From Podarcis tiliguerta (Eukaryota): a DNA stretch of 64,000 nt. The translations under genes and the position numbers were made by a program. Location of the stretch: NCBI GenBank assembly GCA_965153285.1, contig OZ229115.1. One strand, 5' to 3'. Positions 50,027 through 59,453 of this stretch are shown here, piece after piece. Under the pieces are notes generated by a model. It did not search any database and was not told where the DNA came from. It saw nothing but the letters and a program-made list of their open reading frames with translations. Within the stretch, counting starts at the first letter, position 1, and every line of letters starts with the position of its first letter.

Positions 50027-53000
50027 TTTTATTTATATCCCGCCCTCCCCAGCCGAAGCCGGGCTCAGGGCGGCTAACAACAATTAAATAATCAAACAAT
50101 CAAATAATCAAACATTCTAAAAACATTCCATTATAAAAATTAATTAAAGTCAAATTAATGGCAACCGTTGAGCAAAATTCTGTGCAGGTTGCCAGAGGAG
50201 GGAGTCAGGCTGGGACCTGACCAAAGGCCTGGTGGAACAACTCTGTCTTGCAGGCTCTGCGGAAAGATGTCAAGTCCCGCAGGGCCCTAGTCTCTTGTGA
50301 CAGAGCGTTCCACCAGATTGGAGCTGCAGCCGAGAAAGCCCTGGCTCTAGTTGACAACTTATCTGCAATCTCGGCCTTGTGATGCTTAGTACTAAGATCA
50401 GAGATCCCTTTGCCTAATGCTTCAGAGCATATCTCCAATCTAATGATTAGATTTTAATCATGAGAACTTAGTAGATGTGCCAACTGAGCCATTGGTCAAA
50501 GCAAGGCGAGTAATGGTAAGTCAGAAAACGACATGGAATGATTGGCAGGTGGGCAGGGCTTATTGGGACAGGCTTGGTTGGCCAGATTGAGGGATGTGGT
50601 GGGCCACATTAAGCTTTTGGACCAGAGGTCCCCCACTGATGAGTTAGAGCAGGCTTCCTCAAACTCAGCCCTTCAGATGTTTTTGGCCTACAACTCCCAT
50701 GATCCCTACCTAGCAGGACCAGTAGGCAGGGATGATGGGAACTGTAGTCTGAAAACATCTGGAGGGCTGAGTTTGAGAAAGCCTGAGTTAGAGCAACCTA
50801 CCCAGGCCAGAATAGCTGTGCAATAGGCCATTTATGTTTGTTGAATTAAGCAATTATTCCACTGAGCTAAAAGACCCTCAGGTTTTCTGAACTCAAAGGT
50901 GGGGAGGAAGCTGAGCAGGGAAATAATGAAACAGAGTTCAAACCAACATACTTAGTCTGCAGTCCTATATTCACTTTCCAGAGAGTCTGCCCCATTGAAC
51001 TCTGCAGGACTTACTCTTGAGTAAGGGATTGCCCTGTTTAGAATCCCATGGACATCAACTGGAGAGAGTTAGAATGCACTCTTTTCCATTTAATTCAATG
51101 GGACATAAAATGCTTGCCTTTGGTCCCTGAGATGAATGGGCAGGACAGCAGGGTATGTGTGAATGCAAAACAGCAACAAACCATTGCCATACACTTGTGT
51201 ATATCACAGCCATAGGCTTTCCAACAAAAACGTTGCTATGATCACGTAACCTCACCTATAGGTCGCAGGAGGGCTGGCTCGTGCTTGACAAACCAACAGT
51301 ATTTGCTCCTCTGTTGATCCTTCTGGAAAGATGATGTTGCGTGGTTGTTCTTCAAAGATTGGCCCATAGTTTCTTAGAGTACTCTCTGCTGGCCGCAACA
51401 CTGCACGAGAAGGTGAAAAAATCTGAAATGCTCAGACTGAGTACAGAACAGAAGCAGTAGGAAACACTTAATCAAAATGACAGCTGCTGCGAACTCTCTA
51501 GCTTCAGCATTCCACCAAACAGAAAGAGGTGTTGTGATGCTCAAAACCTTGCAAAACTGTATTTCAGCATCTGCTTTGTATTTCCTATCCTTCAGGATGA
51601 GCACAGCAAGCACAGGCCCTTTGCAGTGGTGGCCTCATGTCGACAGAACTCAATCTCAAAGGATGCACATAAGCACTTTCCAAAGAGGCCTCCAATAAGT
51701 TTTTATTTTGATCTGCTTTTTGTTAAAGACACTGGGGAAAGTTTTAAATGGATGCTGTCAAATAATGCTAAATTTCAATTTTTTTCCTCTGGATTGCTGA
51801 GTTGACCTGGAGGTATTATATACTGCTCTTTAATGCAACATTTCACATGATTTTTTATACATTATGTAGTTGTCATGATGCTGATGATGCTGGTTGCGTA
51901 TTACCTTAAGAGGGCTTTTGTTTTGAAAGGTGGCATAAAAATTCTGAAATAAAATTAAATACTGAACTTTCCTGAATATTGAACTGACATAGATTAAATC
52001 AACCATTTATAGTGATCCTATTTACAATAACCATGTAAAAAATCCAAAAATGCTGGCTGGTTGAGGTTCTTAGTTAGAGTTGCAAGATCTTCTTCCGAAG
52101 ATGGGACCCATGCCTATTTGCTGAGGCAAGATGCAAGAGCTTGTCTCAGGATGGACCATAGCTCAGTGATAGAACATCTGTTTTGCACGCAGCAAGTCCC
52201 AGGTTTAATCCCCGGTATCTCCAGGTAGGGCCAGAAGATATTCCTACCCCAAACTCTGGAGTGCATCTGCTAGAAAGCTGAGATACACCTGAGCTAAATG
52301 GACCGATGAATAAGATAGAGCTATGCTCTGACTTGGCACAAGGCACATTCATAAATTCCAGCTGCTGACACAACATTAGACGTGCTTCTGTGCACATCTG
52401 AATTTTCAGCTGCTAAGTCAGAAAGAAGCCAGGATTACCCATGACTGAGGTATAGGATGTGAGTTGCCTTTTCATATTATATCTGCCTTCGCTCATGTTA
52501 ATTCTCCCCACCCACCAGTTTTTAGTAATCAAAATATATCACAAAAAGAAGCTGTTCATCCATCTTTGTTTCAATGTGAACGGTTATGACAGGCATATTG
52601 CTGCGTCACAAAGCTTTGCGGCTCCTCAAAATGAAATCTATTTCAGAACCGCCCAGCTTTCAATCATCAGCAAAGCTGTAGTAGCCGGGGTGGGAAACAG
52701 AAACTCTGTGCTGCATCCCTGACTCATTGCCATTATCTTGAAAGCGCCTGTTCTGCCACTTGAAACCAATTCCCAGCCCTAGCTAGTCTGTTTCATTATG
52801 TGATGAGATTAGAGCTCTATGAAGCCAGTAGGCTGGCGGGAGGCTCCCAAGTGGTTTAGAATGGAGTTAATCACCATCCCACCAGTTAGTCCTCTCCTCC
52901 TTTGTTGCTATGGACAGGATGGCATTGTTTCAAACTTGCTGTTCTCACAAGCACCATATTTTATGCAAGAGTGGCTTCCGACTAGGGGAAAGACCAGCAG

Positions 53001-56000
53001 GAAAAAAGTTCAGGCTCACCAATCCCTTGACTTGGAGATCTCTTATTTTATGTCTGGGCTGTTTCAGTTTATGCATAGGAAAGGGGGGGAGCACACTAAC
53101 CTAGTTTCAGCAGCTGCCTAGACATTAGCCAATTATACATCGCAGCCACCTCATGCAGCGCTAAGCTAAGCCAGTTATTTTATTATGTGTAGCTAGCAGG
53201 GACGGATCCACGTTGGGCCACATCTCCCGTTTTGTTTAAGTGTTCCTTCCAGGCTTTGGGAAGAAAGGAATTTATCCTTATGGTCTTTCTAGAGTTGCTG
53301 CTGGGGTCACCACTTCAGAATAAAATAGTGGAAATATTATAAGATACCAGCATAGGAAATGATCTTATACTGAGTTTGATCACCGGATCTATCTAACTTA
53401 GCAATGTCAACACTGACTGGCCGTGTCTCTCTACCTGGAGATGCCAGGAACTGAACCTTGGACCTTTGGCACGCAGAGTAGGTGCTCTACTGAGCAGTGT
53501 GGCTTCCCTGACATGGACACAGTGGCTAACAGATTCAGCGAGGTCTGGCATACTGCGCCTTGAGAAATACACCCGCAGTTGAAAAACGAAGCAATGATAT
53601 CTAAAACGAATCTCCTTTCTCCAGGCTGCCCTGCTCCTCACTCATCTATTTCTGTCATTTCTGAAATCTATTCCAGAAGGGGATGCTTCAAATAAACTCA
53701 CAGGAAAAGGTGGGAGAGGACATTATAGGAGGGTAAATGCCATGTGAATGCAGAACTGCTCCTATGGCAAAACAAGACTGGGAGGGGAGCCCAATTTTAA
53801 CAAGGTGGAAGTGGAAAACTGCCCCTCAGCTTATCTCCCCACAAGCAGTATTCCCCTCAGCAGAGAGCTAATACTAGAAGTAACTTCAGGAACAGGCCTT
53901 AGGGAGCAGTGCCAAATAAAACCTTGTGGGGGCCCTGGGCAGTCAAAATACCAGGGGGGAGGGGGCTTGCTATGATGTAGGTTTCTGAGTCAATGGGGAT
54001 GTCTCTTCTAAATTCAAATTATTGCAAGATCGAATCAATATCATTTTGTTCCGTTGTTGCGGAGCTCCTAAAAGGCATGGGGTCCATGGGCCAGTCCCTA
54101 CTCTGCCTATTTGGTAATCCAGCGCTGTTAGGGAGAGGGAAAATGGTGAAACAAGCTGTGGGAAAGAGAGACTTCTCTAATTCTCACCCACACTCCTTTT
54201 CTGTGGTTAAAACTGGATCCACCCGCACCCTAGTCTTCCTATATTCTACGTAGAGGTGAAACCTACAGAACTGTCACCATCACGTCAAGTTTAGTCCTAA
54301 GTGTATTATTATTATTATTTACATTTGTATACCACCTTTATGCTCACTGGAAGGACAGATCCTGAAGCTGAGACTCCAGTACTTTGGCCACTCATGAGAA
54401 GAGAAGATTCCCTGGAAAAGACCCTGATGTTGGGAAAGATGGAGGGCACAAGGAGAAGGGGACGACAGAGGATGAGATGGTTGGACAGTGTTCTCGAAGC
54501 CAGCAACATGAGTTTGACCAAACTGCAGGAGGCAGTGGAAGACAGGAGTGCCTGGCGTGCTCTGGTCCATGGGGTCATGAAGAGTCGGACACGACTAAAC
54601 AACAACAACCACCTTTATATTCCAATGATCTCAAGCTGGTGTACATGGTTCCCCTCCTCCCCTTTTCATCCTCACAACAACCCTGTGAGGTAGGTTAGGC
54701 TAAGAGATGGTGACTGGCCCATGGTCGCCCAGTGAGCTTCATGACTGAGTGAGGATTCGAACCTTTGTCTCCCAGGTCACAGTCCAGCATTCTAACCATT
54801 ACATCACACTGTTGTCAGTTCCACATTCAATGCACATTTAAAGCACATGGCTTTCAACAAAGAGGGACCATAGTTTACCTCTCATAGAGCTACAGTTCCC
54901 AGGATTACGTGAGGGAAAGCCATGTGCTTTGTGCATGTCGGTTGTGCTTTAATTGTATGGTGTGGATGTGACCAAACAAAAAGGGGTTTGTTGATTGTAG
55001 AGAATACATCTGCAATGTAATGGGCTCCCCACTACCTTTTTTCTGTGGTGGTGGGGGTACTTCGGTAACATCCAAACATCCATGCACCACTTGTGCTGAG
55101 AACAAATAACACTGGATTAATTGAAAACAACAAAAAGATAAAACAATAATAGTGACGGAAAGGCCCATTTGCTCCTACTTGAGAGTGGAAAGAGGTATGT
55201 TTATCCCGTCTCAGCTGGAAGTGGCTTTGTCCTTGACACTGAGGGGCAGCAGAACAATAAGGATGCAATATTGACTTAAGGAAGATTGTAATCTGCTAAT
55301 GACATTCCAGTATCTAAAAGCAGATGTACTTAGAGCTCAGAGTCATCTGTGGGGCGGGTGGTAGCCAGGGAGGGGGGGTGTGGAAGGGCAGAAAGGGACA
55401 GGATTCACGGAGGGTACTCAAAACGCAATAAATAATTCATGATAATTGCAAGATATTTTGCGTTCAAAAGCCCTGTTTGTTAAACCTCAAGCTCCTGGTT
55501 CCAAATATCAGGGGAGTGTGTGTGTGTGTTTTTTTAAAAAAAGAAGATTGCAGAAGCAAAACCTGGCTAATCTCCCATTTAAATTCTGCCCAAACTCTGC
55601 CTTCCCTGGCCGTGTCCCCTGTTGCCCTCGTCATATGTCTGTGCAAGGGCCGTGGAGTACAAGCTGTCAGGTATTGATCTTGGAGCATGCAAGAAGATCG
55701 GCCAAGTCTGCCCACCTGAGATTTCAAGGTGTCTGGGTGAAACAACAACGTGTGATTCGAAAAGAAGGTGGGTGCCAGTGTGATGGAAGGGCAGCCTGTG
55801 TTTGCAAGACCCGCGACAGGTCCTAGGGGAGGAAATGCAGAGGCAACGTAATATAAAATTCTTATGGTCAGTGTGTTGCCTTTTCCAGTTATCACATCTG
55901 CTGTGTTGACTGGAGCATGGCTGGAGCAGCCGTGCGTGAGCTACTGGAGGACCACATCATGCCACCAGTGGCAAAGAGAGACAAAGATTGATAGGACAGC

Positions 56001-58584
56001 CAGTACAAGAGATTGTGAAATCCTGTGCCATTCAGCAGTAGCTTGAGCTGTAGAGCTGTAGAGACTGGGTGAAAAACTGGCAACCCTACCAGCAGCCTGC
56101 TTTGGGGGGAAGCAAAGCTGTAGCTCTGAGGAAGCTATATGAAGCTCTCTTCCTCTGAAAGGAAAGGGGCGCCATCATTCATGCAGCAGCTCCATCACAC
56201 TGATGTCTACTAGTTGGCTCTTTGTGGCTCAGACAGCATTTAGTACTCACAAGCACTATATTTTTGAAATATTGGATTATTCAAACCTGTGTATAGCCTA
56301 TGAAGTCAGAAATAACAGGAAGAATAAATACAGCTACTGCTCAGACTGGCTTAAAGTTCCAAGACGAACACAAAGCAGTAAATACAGTGCTTAAGATTTA
56401 TGCACCCTTACAAGGGAGTAAAGGGCCTTACTTCTGAGTAAACTCATTCGGAAGTGTGTTGTAAGATTGCACTCCTAAGAACAGTGACTTGGGAGTAAGC
56501 ACCATAGAATGCAGTGCAGTTTACCTCTGTGTAAACATACATAGGATTGTGCTGTATGCACCTGTCCTTTTCTGAATTTTGGCATATGAAAAGAGAAGGT
56601 AGACATGGCTTATAAGAAAACCAGAACAGATCTAAAGAGAAGCTCTCACAATGATGGTCAAATCTTCAGCCAGTAACACTGTGATGTTTCTGAGGCTTCT
56701 TCTTCAGAGCTATTTCTAGACTCCCTTGAACAATTATCTTGCACTTGGTTTACCATAAAATCTTATCACTGCATTACACAAGAGCTTCAGTCCTCCCTAG
56801 CCAAAATTTGCCAGTATTGTACAACAAAACAGAGGCGTAAAGGATTTTGTCTAAGGTTTGCAACAATGCTTTTTAAAGCTCTAAACACAGAAGAACAGGC
56901 AAGCCTATCAATTTATAGTCACTATCAATTTATAGAACAATTCAGCTCCTATTTCCTCAGCTCTGGCTGTGTGAGAGTTTGAGAGCGGGGAGGCAACTGG
57001 AGCTCCTTGTTTCACTGCCCAAGGAAAACCTAGCCAAAATATTGGTTTTCCTTTCTGAAAAGGCAGTCTTAATTTGGGATACCAAGCTCTAGATATTTTC
57101 TCAAATCTCAAAGATAAATCTTAAGCCAACACCATTTTGGGATGAAGCCATTTCCGACCGTCTTTCATCCTGGTTCCTTGTTCATGCTCACAGTGAGAAA
57201 TTTCCACCCATCCAGCCATCGTTATACTGATCTTTTTTGTCATATGTTAACAGCCATTAGGAAATGCTCCTGTAGGGCTTTGTAGATGACTTATTCCTTA
57301 TGGTCTCTGCTTGAGCACATACAAGAAAGCCCTTCTAAATTCAGCTGGTTAACAGCAAAACCTAGCGTTGCCTTGATGTCGCCAACATATGTGGGTCAGA
57401 CCAGTTTCCACACAGGCTAATTGCCTCCTGAACTAGGCCAGCCACCTTCCCAAGAGACTCAGGCAACATTAAAAGGTAATTAGATATTTATAAAGGACAT
57501 CGAAGCAGCCTCTCCCCAAGATGATGAATTAGCTCCAAGTCATTATCTAATTCTCAGCCATCTGAAATGAAAAGCCTTCCCACTGAGAGATCAACCTTTT
57601 AAAGTGTAGCCGGAGACATCTAAGAAACAGCAATAGTTTGGATGGAACGGAAAATGGAGATTTGTGCATTAAGGTGAAGGATGGAGAATACAAACAGTAA
57701 AGGGAGACTGCCGCAGCAAATGGGTCAATGATAATGGCATAGAACCAGCTCAGTGAGCAAGAAGATGGTCCAGAGATGATGTTCAAATAATGGGGACGTG
57801 TTTTGGTTCTGTGTGTACCCCAAATTAAGAGGTGAATCGGTGTGAATCGGGGAAGGTCCCCACATTTCTGGGGCAACAGTGCAGCTCCCAAGGTGCATGA
57901 GGGATTTGCTAAGTTTCTGAGTAGCTCTGTGGCCTCGGCTCTCCAAAAATACACGGCTGGTTCCCTGCCTGTAGAAATAAAACCAAGCTTATTGGGGAAA
58001 TGCCCAGAGCTCAAGAGGGGAGAAAGTGGAGAAGTAATGGTTGGGGAATCTTTTGCTTGATGGACAGGGCTAGCTTTTAATCAGAGTGAATTGTTTTCCC
58101 AGGGCACTCCAATCCCAGTGATTTGGAGCAACAATTAAAAACTGCATACCCACCAACATGTCAAGGCCGAAAACTGGGACTTGCATGAGGTTTTAGGGTG
58201 ATGTACAGACCCCCAAAACAGGGTGTCCCAATTTAATCAGGACAGTTGAGGGGTATGAAACTACATTTGTCTTTCATGTGGATCTATGCCCTCCCTATGC
58301 AAGTCAATGGAGATAGCTCAAAGAGCCATCATGAGGGCAGATGCCCAACCCCGGCATTGATTCTTGGGATAACAAGATTCTTGCTTGGGGCATAAAACTT
58401 TCCCTATGCATATTTCCTGTCCCGTCCCTCCTGCCCTTCTCCTGTGCAAGACAATGCAAATATATTTCTATATCGCAGGGAGACAAGGTTGTATCCCCCC
58501 GCCAACTGGGGAGGATAATGGCAAAAGCCTTGCCCTCAACATTGTTCCTTGGGCAACAGGGTCATAGCTGTCTCTCCCCCCCCC

Positions 58585-58654
<70 letters not shown>

Positions 58655-59453
58655 CTCATCCCCAAACAGTAAAGTTTGCCCTTGCAGGAGAAGCAGACAT
58701 GCTTTGTAGCATGTCTACAAAGGGACGTTTTAAATGCTTGACATTTTACTGTGTCTTTATATTTTTTTGGAAGCTGCCCAGAGTGGGGCAACCCAGGCAG
58801 ATGGGTGGGGTATAACGACGACAACAACAACAACAATTTTCCCTTGTGGATTGGAACCTGGAGCACAGTTTTAAGCAAAGACAGGATAGAAACAGGTAAG
58901 AATTTTTAAAAATACACAGGCAAATTCTGGGGCCCTATCACATACATTGAACATATTGTAAAATGCAACATGCCTTGGTTCACTGGCTTGGTTCCCCTAA
59001 TTCAGGGGTGGGAACCCAGTGGCTGTCAAATATTGTTGGGCTCCAACTCTCACTATCCCATCGATGATCAGGGATGATGGGAGCTGGACCCTGCGGTATC
59101 TGAAGGACTCTCGGCTCCCCACCTCTGCCCTAAGCAGTGCATCTAGCTGTCATTATCCACCTGCAGAATAAATGCAGCAGTCAAATAAACTCCACACTGC
59201 AAATATACATAAGCCAAATTACATTTACAAAATATATATGGTCAACGATAGAATTCATGTTAGCAGATAATTTCATGTTCTAAATTTTAGTTGAGAGTAT
59301 GAACAGGATTGTTACTTCACTGGCTTTAGTCCAGTTAGTCTCCAGGCTCAGCCTAAAGCTGGTCCTGACCTTTGAGCCAAGATGGAGGAAGCTCTTACCT
59401 GCAAAAGAGACGACGGCTAATGAAAACAAGACAAGCTCCACAGATGCTCCCAT
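23365..59453 (-). CDS. CNTN2: Contactin-2 (TAG-1/axonin-1), complete CDS, 22 coding exons, 1036 aa: signal peptide, 6 Ig, 4 FnIII, GPI signal
   Basis: Exon lengths sum to 3111 nt with consistent phases. Diagnostic peptides: [69 protein letters not shown]...CLEL*. Confidence 0.97.
24700..25605 (-). mobile_element. 5'-truncated young L2 LINE with (TTA)n tail
   Basis: Uninterrupted ORF2 C-terminus ([15 protein letters not shown]...[10 protein letters not shown]...QNAAARL...[14 protein letters not shown]...[15 protein letters not shown]); 7-bp TSD cacagta. Confidence 0.93.
26564..26732 (-). CDS. CNTN2: CNTN2 exon, FnIII-4 (MLYQSDPHS...EVRILRNS)
   Basis: caatag| ... AGTG|gtgcgt. Confidence 0.93.
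26757..27205 (-). mobile_element. 5'-truncated L1-type LINE 3' end with poly(A)
   Basis: Minus strand reads [42 protein letters not shown], then UTR, AATAAA and an A-tail; TSD gaggcatgttgag/gaggcaaattgag. Confidence 0.75.
27901..28013 (-). CDS. CNTN2: CNTN2 exon, FnIII-4 ([10 protein letters not shown]...SAVTGYK)
   Basis: ctctag| ... AAG|gtaact. Confidence 0.94.
28230..28576. mobile_element. Palindromic hAT MITE (about 135-bp family) interrupted by a second MITE
   Basis: TIR caggcacaggcaaact / agtttgcctatgcctg; TSD ttctagcc/ttctagct. Confidence 0.85.
28364..28566. mobile_element. GC-rich hAT MITE nested in the TIR of the above
   Basis: Ends cactggtggag / ctctgccactg; perfect TSD cctatgcc; homologous to 61163-61383. 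Confidence 0.85.
28595..28774 (+). mobile_element. tRNA-Ala-derived SINE with CR1-like tail
   Basis: gggctgtagatcagcggcagagc head ... ctagatggaccagtggtctgagtcagtataagg. Confidence 0.7.
29611..29797 (-). CDS. CNTN2: CNTN2 exon, FnIII-3 ([18 protein letters not shown]...FMTTKP)
   Basis: cttcag| ... CCAC|gtgagt. Confidence 0.94.
30059..30174 (-). CDS. CNTN2: CNTN2 exon, FnIII-3 ([10 protein letters not shown]...NGVLLGYE)
   Basis: ccacag| ... GAG|gtaaga. Confidence 0.94.
30414..30648 (-). CDS. CNTN2: CNTN2 exon, FnIII-2 ([14 protein letters not shown]...IVHSAEE)
   Basis: tttcag| ... GAAG|gtaggc. Confidence 0.94.
31188..31520 (+). mobile_element. L2 3' fragment (same subfamily as 49977-50354)
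   Basis: gatttgacatctttctgcagggcctgcaagacggagctgttccgccaggcctttgg. Confidence 0.7.
32026..32096 (-). CDS. CNTN2: CNTN2 exon, FnIII-2 ([23 protein letters not shown])
   Basis: ctccag| ... GCG|gtaagc. Confidence 0.93.
32554..32594. repeat. (CTT)n microsatellite
   Basis: Seen directly. Confidence 0.95.
32903..33052 (-). CDS. CNTN2: CNTN2 exon, FnIII-1 ([11 protein letters not shown]...KIRTKEA)
   Basis: ttatag| ... GCTG|gtgagt. Confidence 0.94.
33168..33326 (-). CDS. CNTN2: CNTN2 exon, hinge + FnIII-1 ([12 protein letters not shown]...WKQVRT)
   Basis: tggtag| ... ACCA|gtaagt. Confidence 0.94.
34259..34379 (-). CDS. CNTN2: CNTN2 exon, Ig6 ([40 protein letters not shown])
   Basis: tcatag| ... 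AGAG|gtaatt; not in the ORF track, translated by hand. Confidence 0.93.
34613..34788 (-). CDS. CNTN2: CNTN2 exon, Ig6 ([16 protein letters not shown]...GHYKRAST)
   Basis: ctgcag| ... ACA|gtgagt. Confidence 0.94.
35427..35473. repeat. (AAC)n microsatellite
   Basis: Seen directly. Confidence 0.95.
35650..35777 (-). CDS. CNTN2: CNTN2 exon, Ig5 ([15 protein letters not shown]...TGVLSVR)
   Basis: ctgcag| ... CGAG|gtaagg. Confidence 0.94.
36971..37121 (-). CDS. CNTN2: CNTN2 exon, Ig5 ([20 protein letters not shown]...LLSNSS)
   Basis: ttttag| ... CCAG|gtatga. Confidence 0.94.
38270..38399 (-). CDS. CNTN2: CNTN2 exon, Ig4 ([10 protein letters not shown]...SAELAVQ)
   Basis: gcacag| ... CAAG|gtacgt. 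Confidence 0.94.
39715..39945 (-). mobile_element. Decayed L2-type reverse transcriptase fragment (probably extends to about 40400)
   Basis: [11 protein letters not shown]...[13 protein letters not shown]...[10 protein letters not shown] matches the non-LTR RT N-terminal motifs. Confidence 0.8.
41509..41662 (-). mobile_element. L2 3' tail fragment with (TAA)n
   Basis: Near-identical to 24745-24880. Confidence 0.85.
41708..41844 (-). CDS. CNTN2: CNTN2 exon, Ig4 ([10 protein letters not shown]...NGQPLTSQ)
   Basis: ttatag| ... CAG|gtagcc. Confidence 0.94.
42355..42530 (-). CDS. CNTN2: CNTN2 exon, Ig3 (PVPRIKWRK...GRIIIQ)
   Basis: atctag| ... CAAG|gtaaag. Confidence 0.94.
43528..43627 (-). CDS. 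CNTN2: CNTN2 exon, Ig3 ([32 protein letters not shown])
   Basis: ccacag| ... GGAA|gtgagt. Confidence 0.94.
43895..44195 (-). mobile_element. tRNA-Ala-derived SINE interrupted by a palindromic hAT MITE (about 43932-44068)
   Basis: SINE halves ccatctagctcagtgtcatctacac and ...ccactgagctacagc flank the MITE ccctccagatgt...acatctggagg. Confidence 0.65.
44657..44866 (-). CDS. CNTN2: CNTN2 exon, Ig2 ([13 protein letters not shown]...QLNLLRE)
   Basis: acacag| ... GAAG|gtcagt. Confidence 0.94.
46327..46975 (+). mobile_element. CR1 LINE 3' region with a second CR1 3'-UTR fragment inside it
   Basis: ttcaggacagtcagaagaaagtacttc, tttaaaagagcattagacaaattcatg, two gatccag...ttatgttc-type ends. Confidence 0.6.
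47108..47203 (-). CDS. CNTN2: CNTN2 exon, Ig2 ([31 protein letters not shown])
   Basis: gtttag| ... CCAG|gtgaga. Confidence 0.94.
47950..48120 (-). mobile_element. L2 3' tail fragment with (TAA)n
   Basis: aaaaacttccct...gccttcagatgtcttct shared with the other L2 tails. Confidence 0.75.
48707..48882 (-). CDS. CNTN2: CNTN2 exon, Ig1 (WKMNGTEI...REASIRFG)
   Basis: tggcag| ... GGCT|gtaagt. Confidence 0.94.
49502..49638. mobile_element. Palindromic hAT MITE (older copies near 13290, 16770, 17595, 20875, 33975, 59003)
   Basis: TIR caggcataggcaa / ttgcctatgcctg; perfect TSD ggttaaag. Confidence 0.9.
49850..49965 (-). mobile_element. tRNA-Asn-derived SINE with CR1-like tail
   Basis: ctgtggtgcaat...ggctgttaa...ggttggtggttcgaggccacc followed by gcagggggttggactag. 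Confidence 0.75.
49977..50354 (-). mobile_element. L2 3' fragment with (TAA)n tail
   Basis: [14 protein letters not shown]...[14 protein letters not shown]. Confidence 0.85.
50650..50785. mobile_element. Palindromic hAT MITE
   Basis: TIR caggcttcctcaaactcagccc / gggctgagtttgagaaagcctg; perfect TSD agttagag. Confidence 0.9.
51256..51400 (-). CDS. CNTN2: CNTN2 exon, Ig1 ([19 protein letters not shown]...SPPATY)
   Basis: gtgcag| ... ATAG|gtgagg. Confidence 0.92.
52153..52310 (+). mobile_element. tRNA-Ala(TGC)-derived SINE (further minus-strand copies about 41225-41355 and 53395-53500)
   Basis: tagctcagtgatagaacatctgttttgcacgcag...ggtttaatccccggtatctcca followed by SINE body. Confidence 0.7.
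54304..54811 (-). mobile_element. MIR/CORE-derived (Squam3-like) SINE, split by BovB
   Basis: cctcacaacaaccctgtgaggtagg core, ggattcgaacc B-box, (TTA)n tail. Confidence 0.75.
54342..54607 (+). mobile_element. BovB (RTE) LINE 3' end
   Basis: [25 protein letters not shown]...[19 protein letters not shown], (CAA)n tail; 11-bp TSD accacctttat. Confidence 0.92.
58587..58652. repeat. Compound (GT)n(GA)n microsatellite after a poly-C run
   Basis: Seen directly. Confidence 0.95.
58725..58836 (+). mobile_element. L2 3' tail fragment
   Basis: ggaagctgcccagagtgg...cagatgggtggggtataa is the reverse complement of the other L2 tails. Confidence 0.75.
59399..59453 (-). CDS. CNTN2: CNTN2 first coding exon, signal peptide [18 protein letters not shown] (exon extends 5' as UTR to acceptor at 59513)
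   Basis: Kozak cctacaATGG, donor GCAG|gtaaga, upstream acceptor ttacag|, phase 1 fits next exon. Confidence 0.85.

Noticed and set aside
52153-52223. tRNA-Ala gene
   Set aside because: The A/B boxes and stems are mutated, and it continues into a SINE body shared with other copies in the window.
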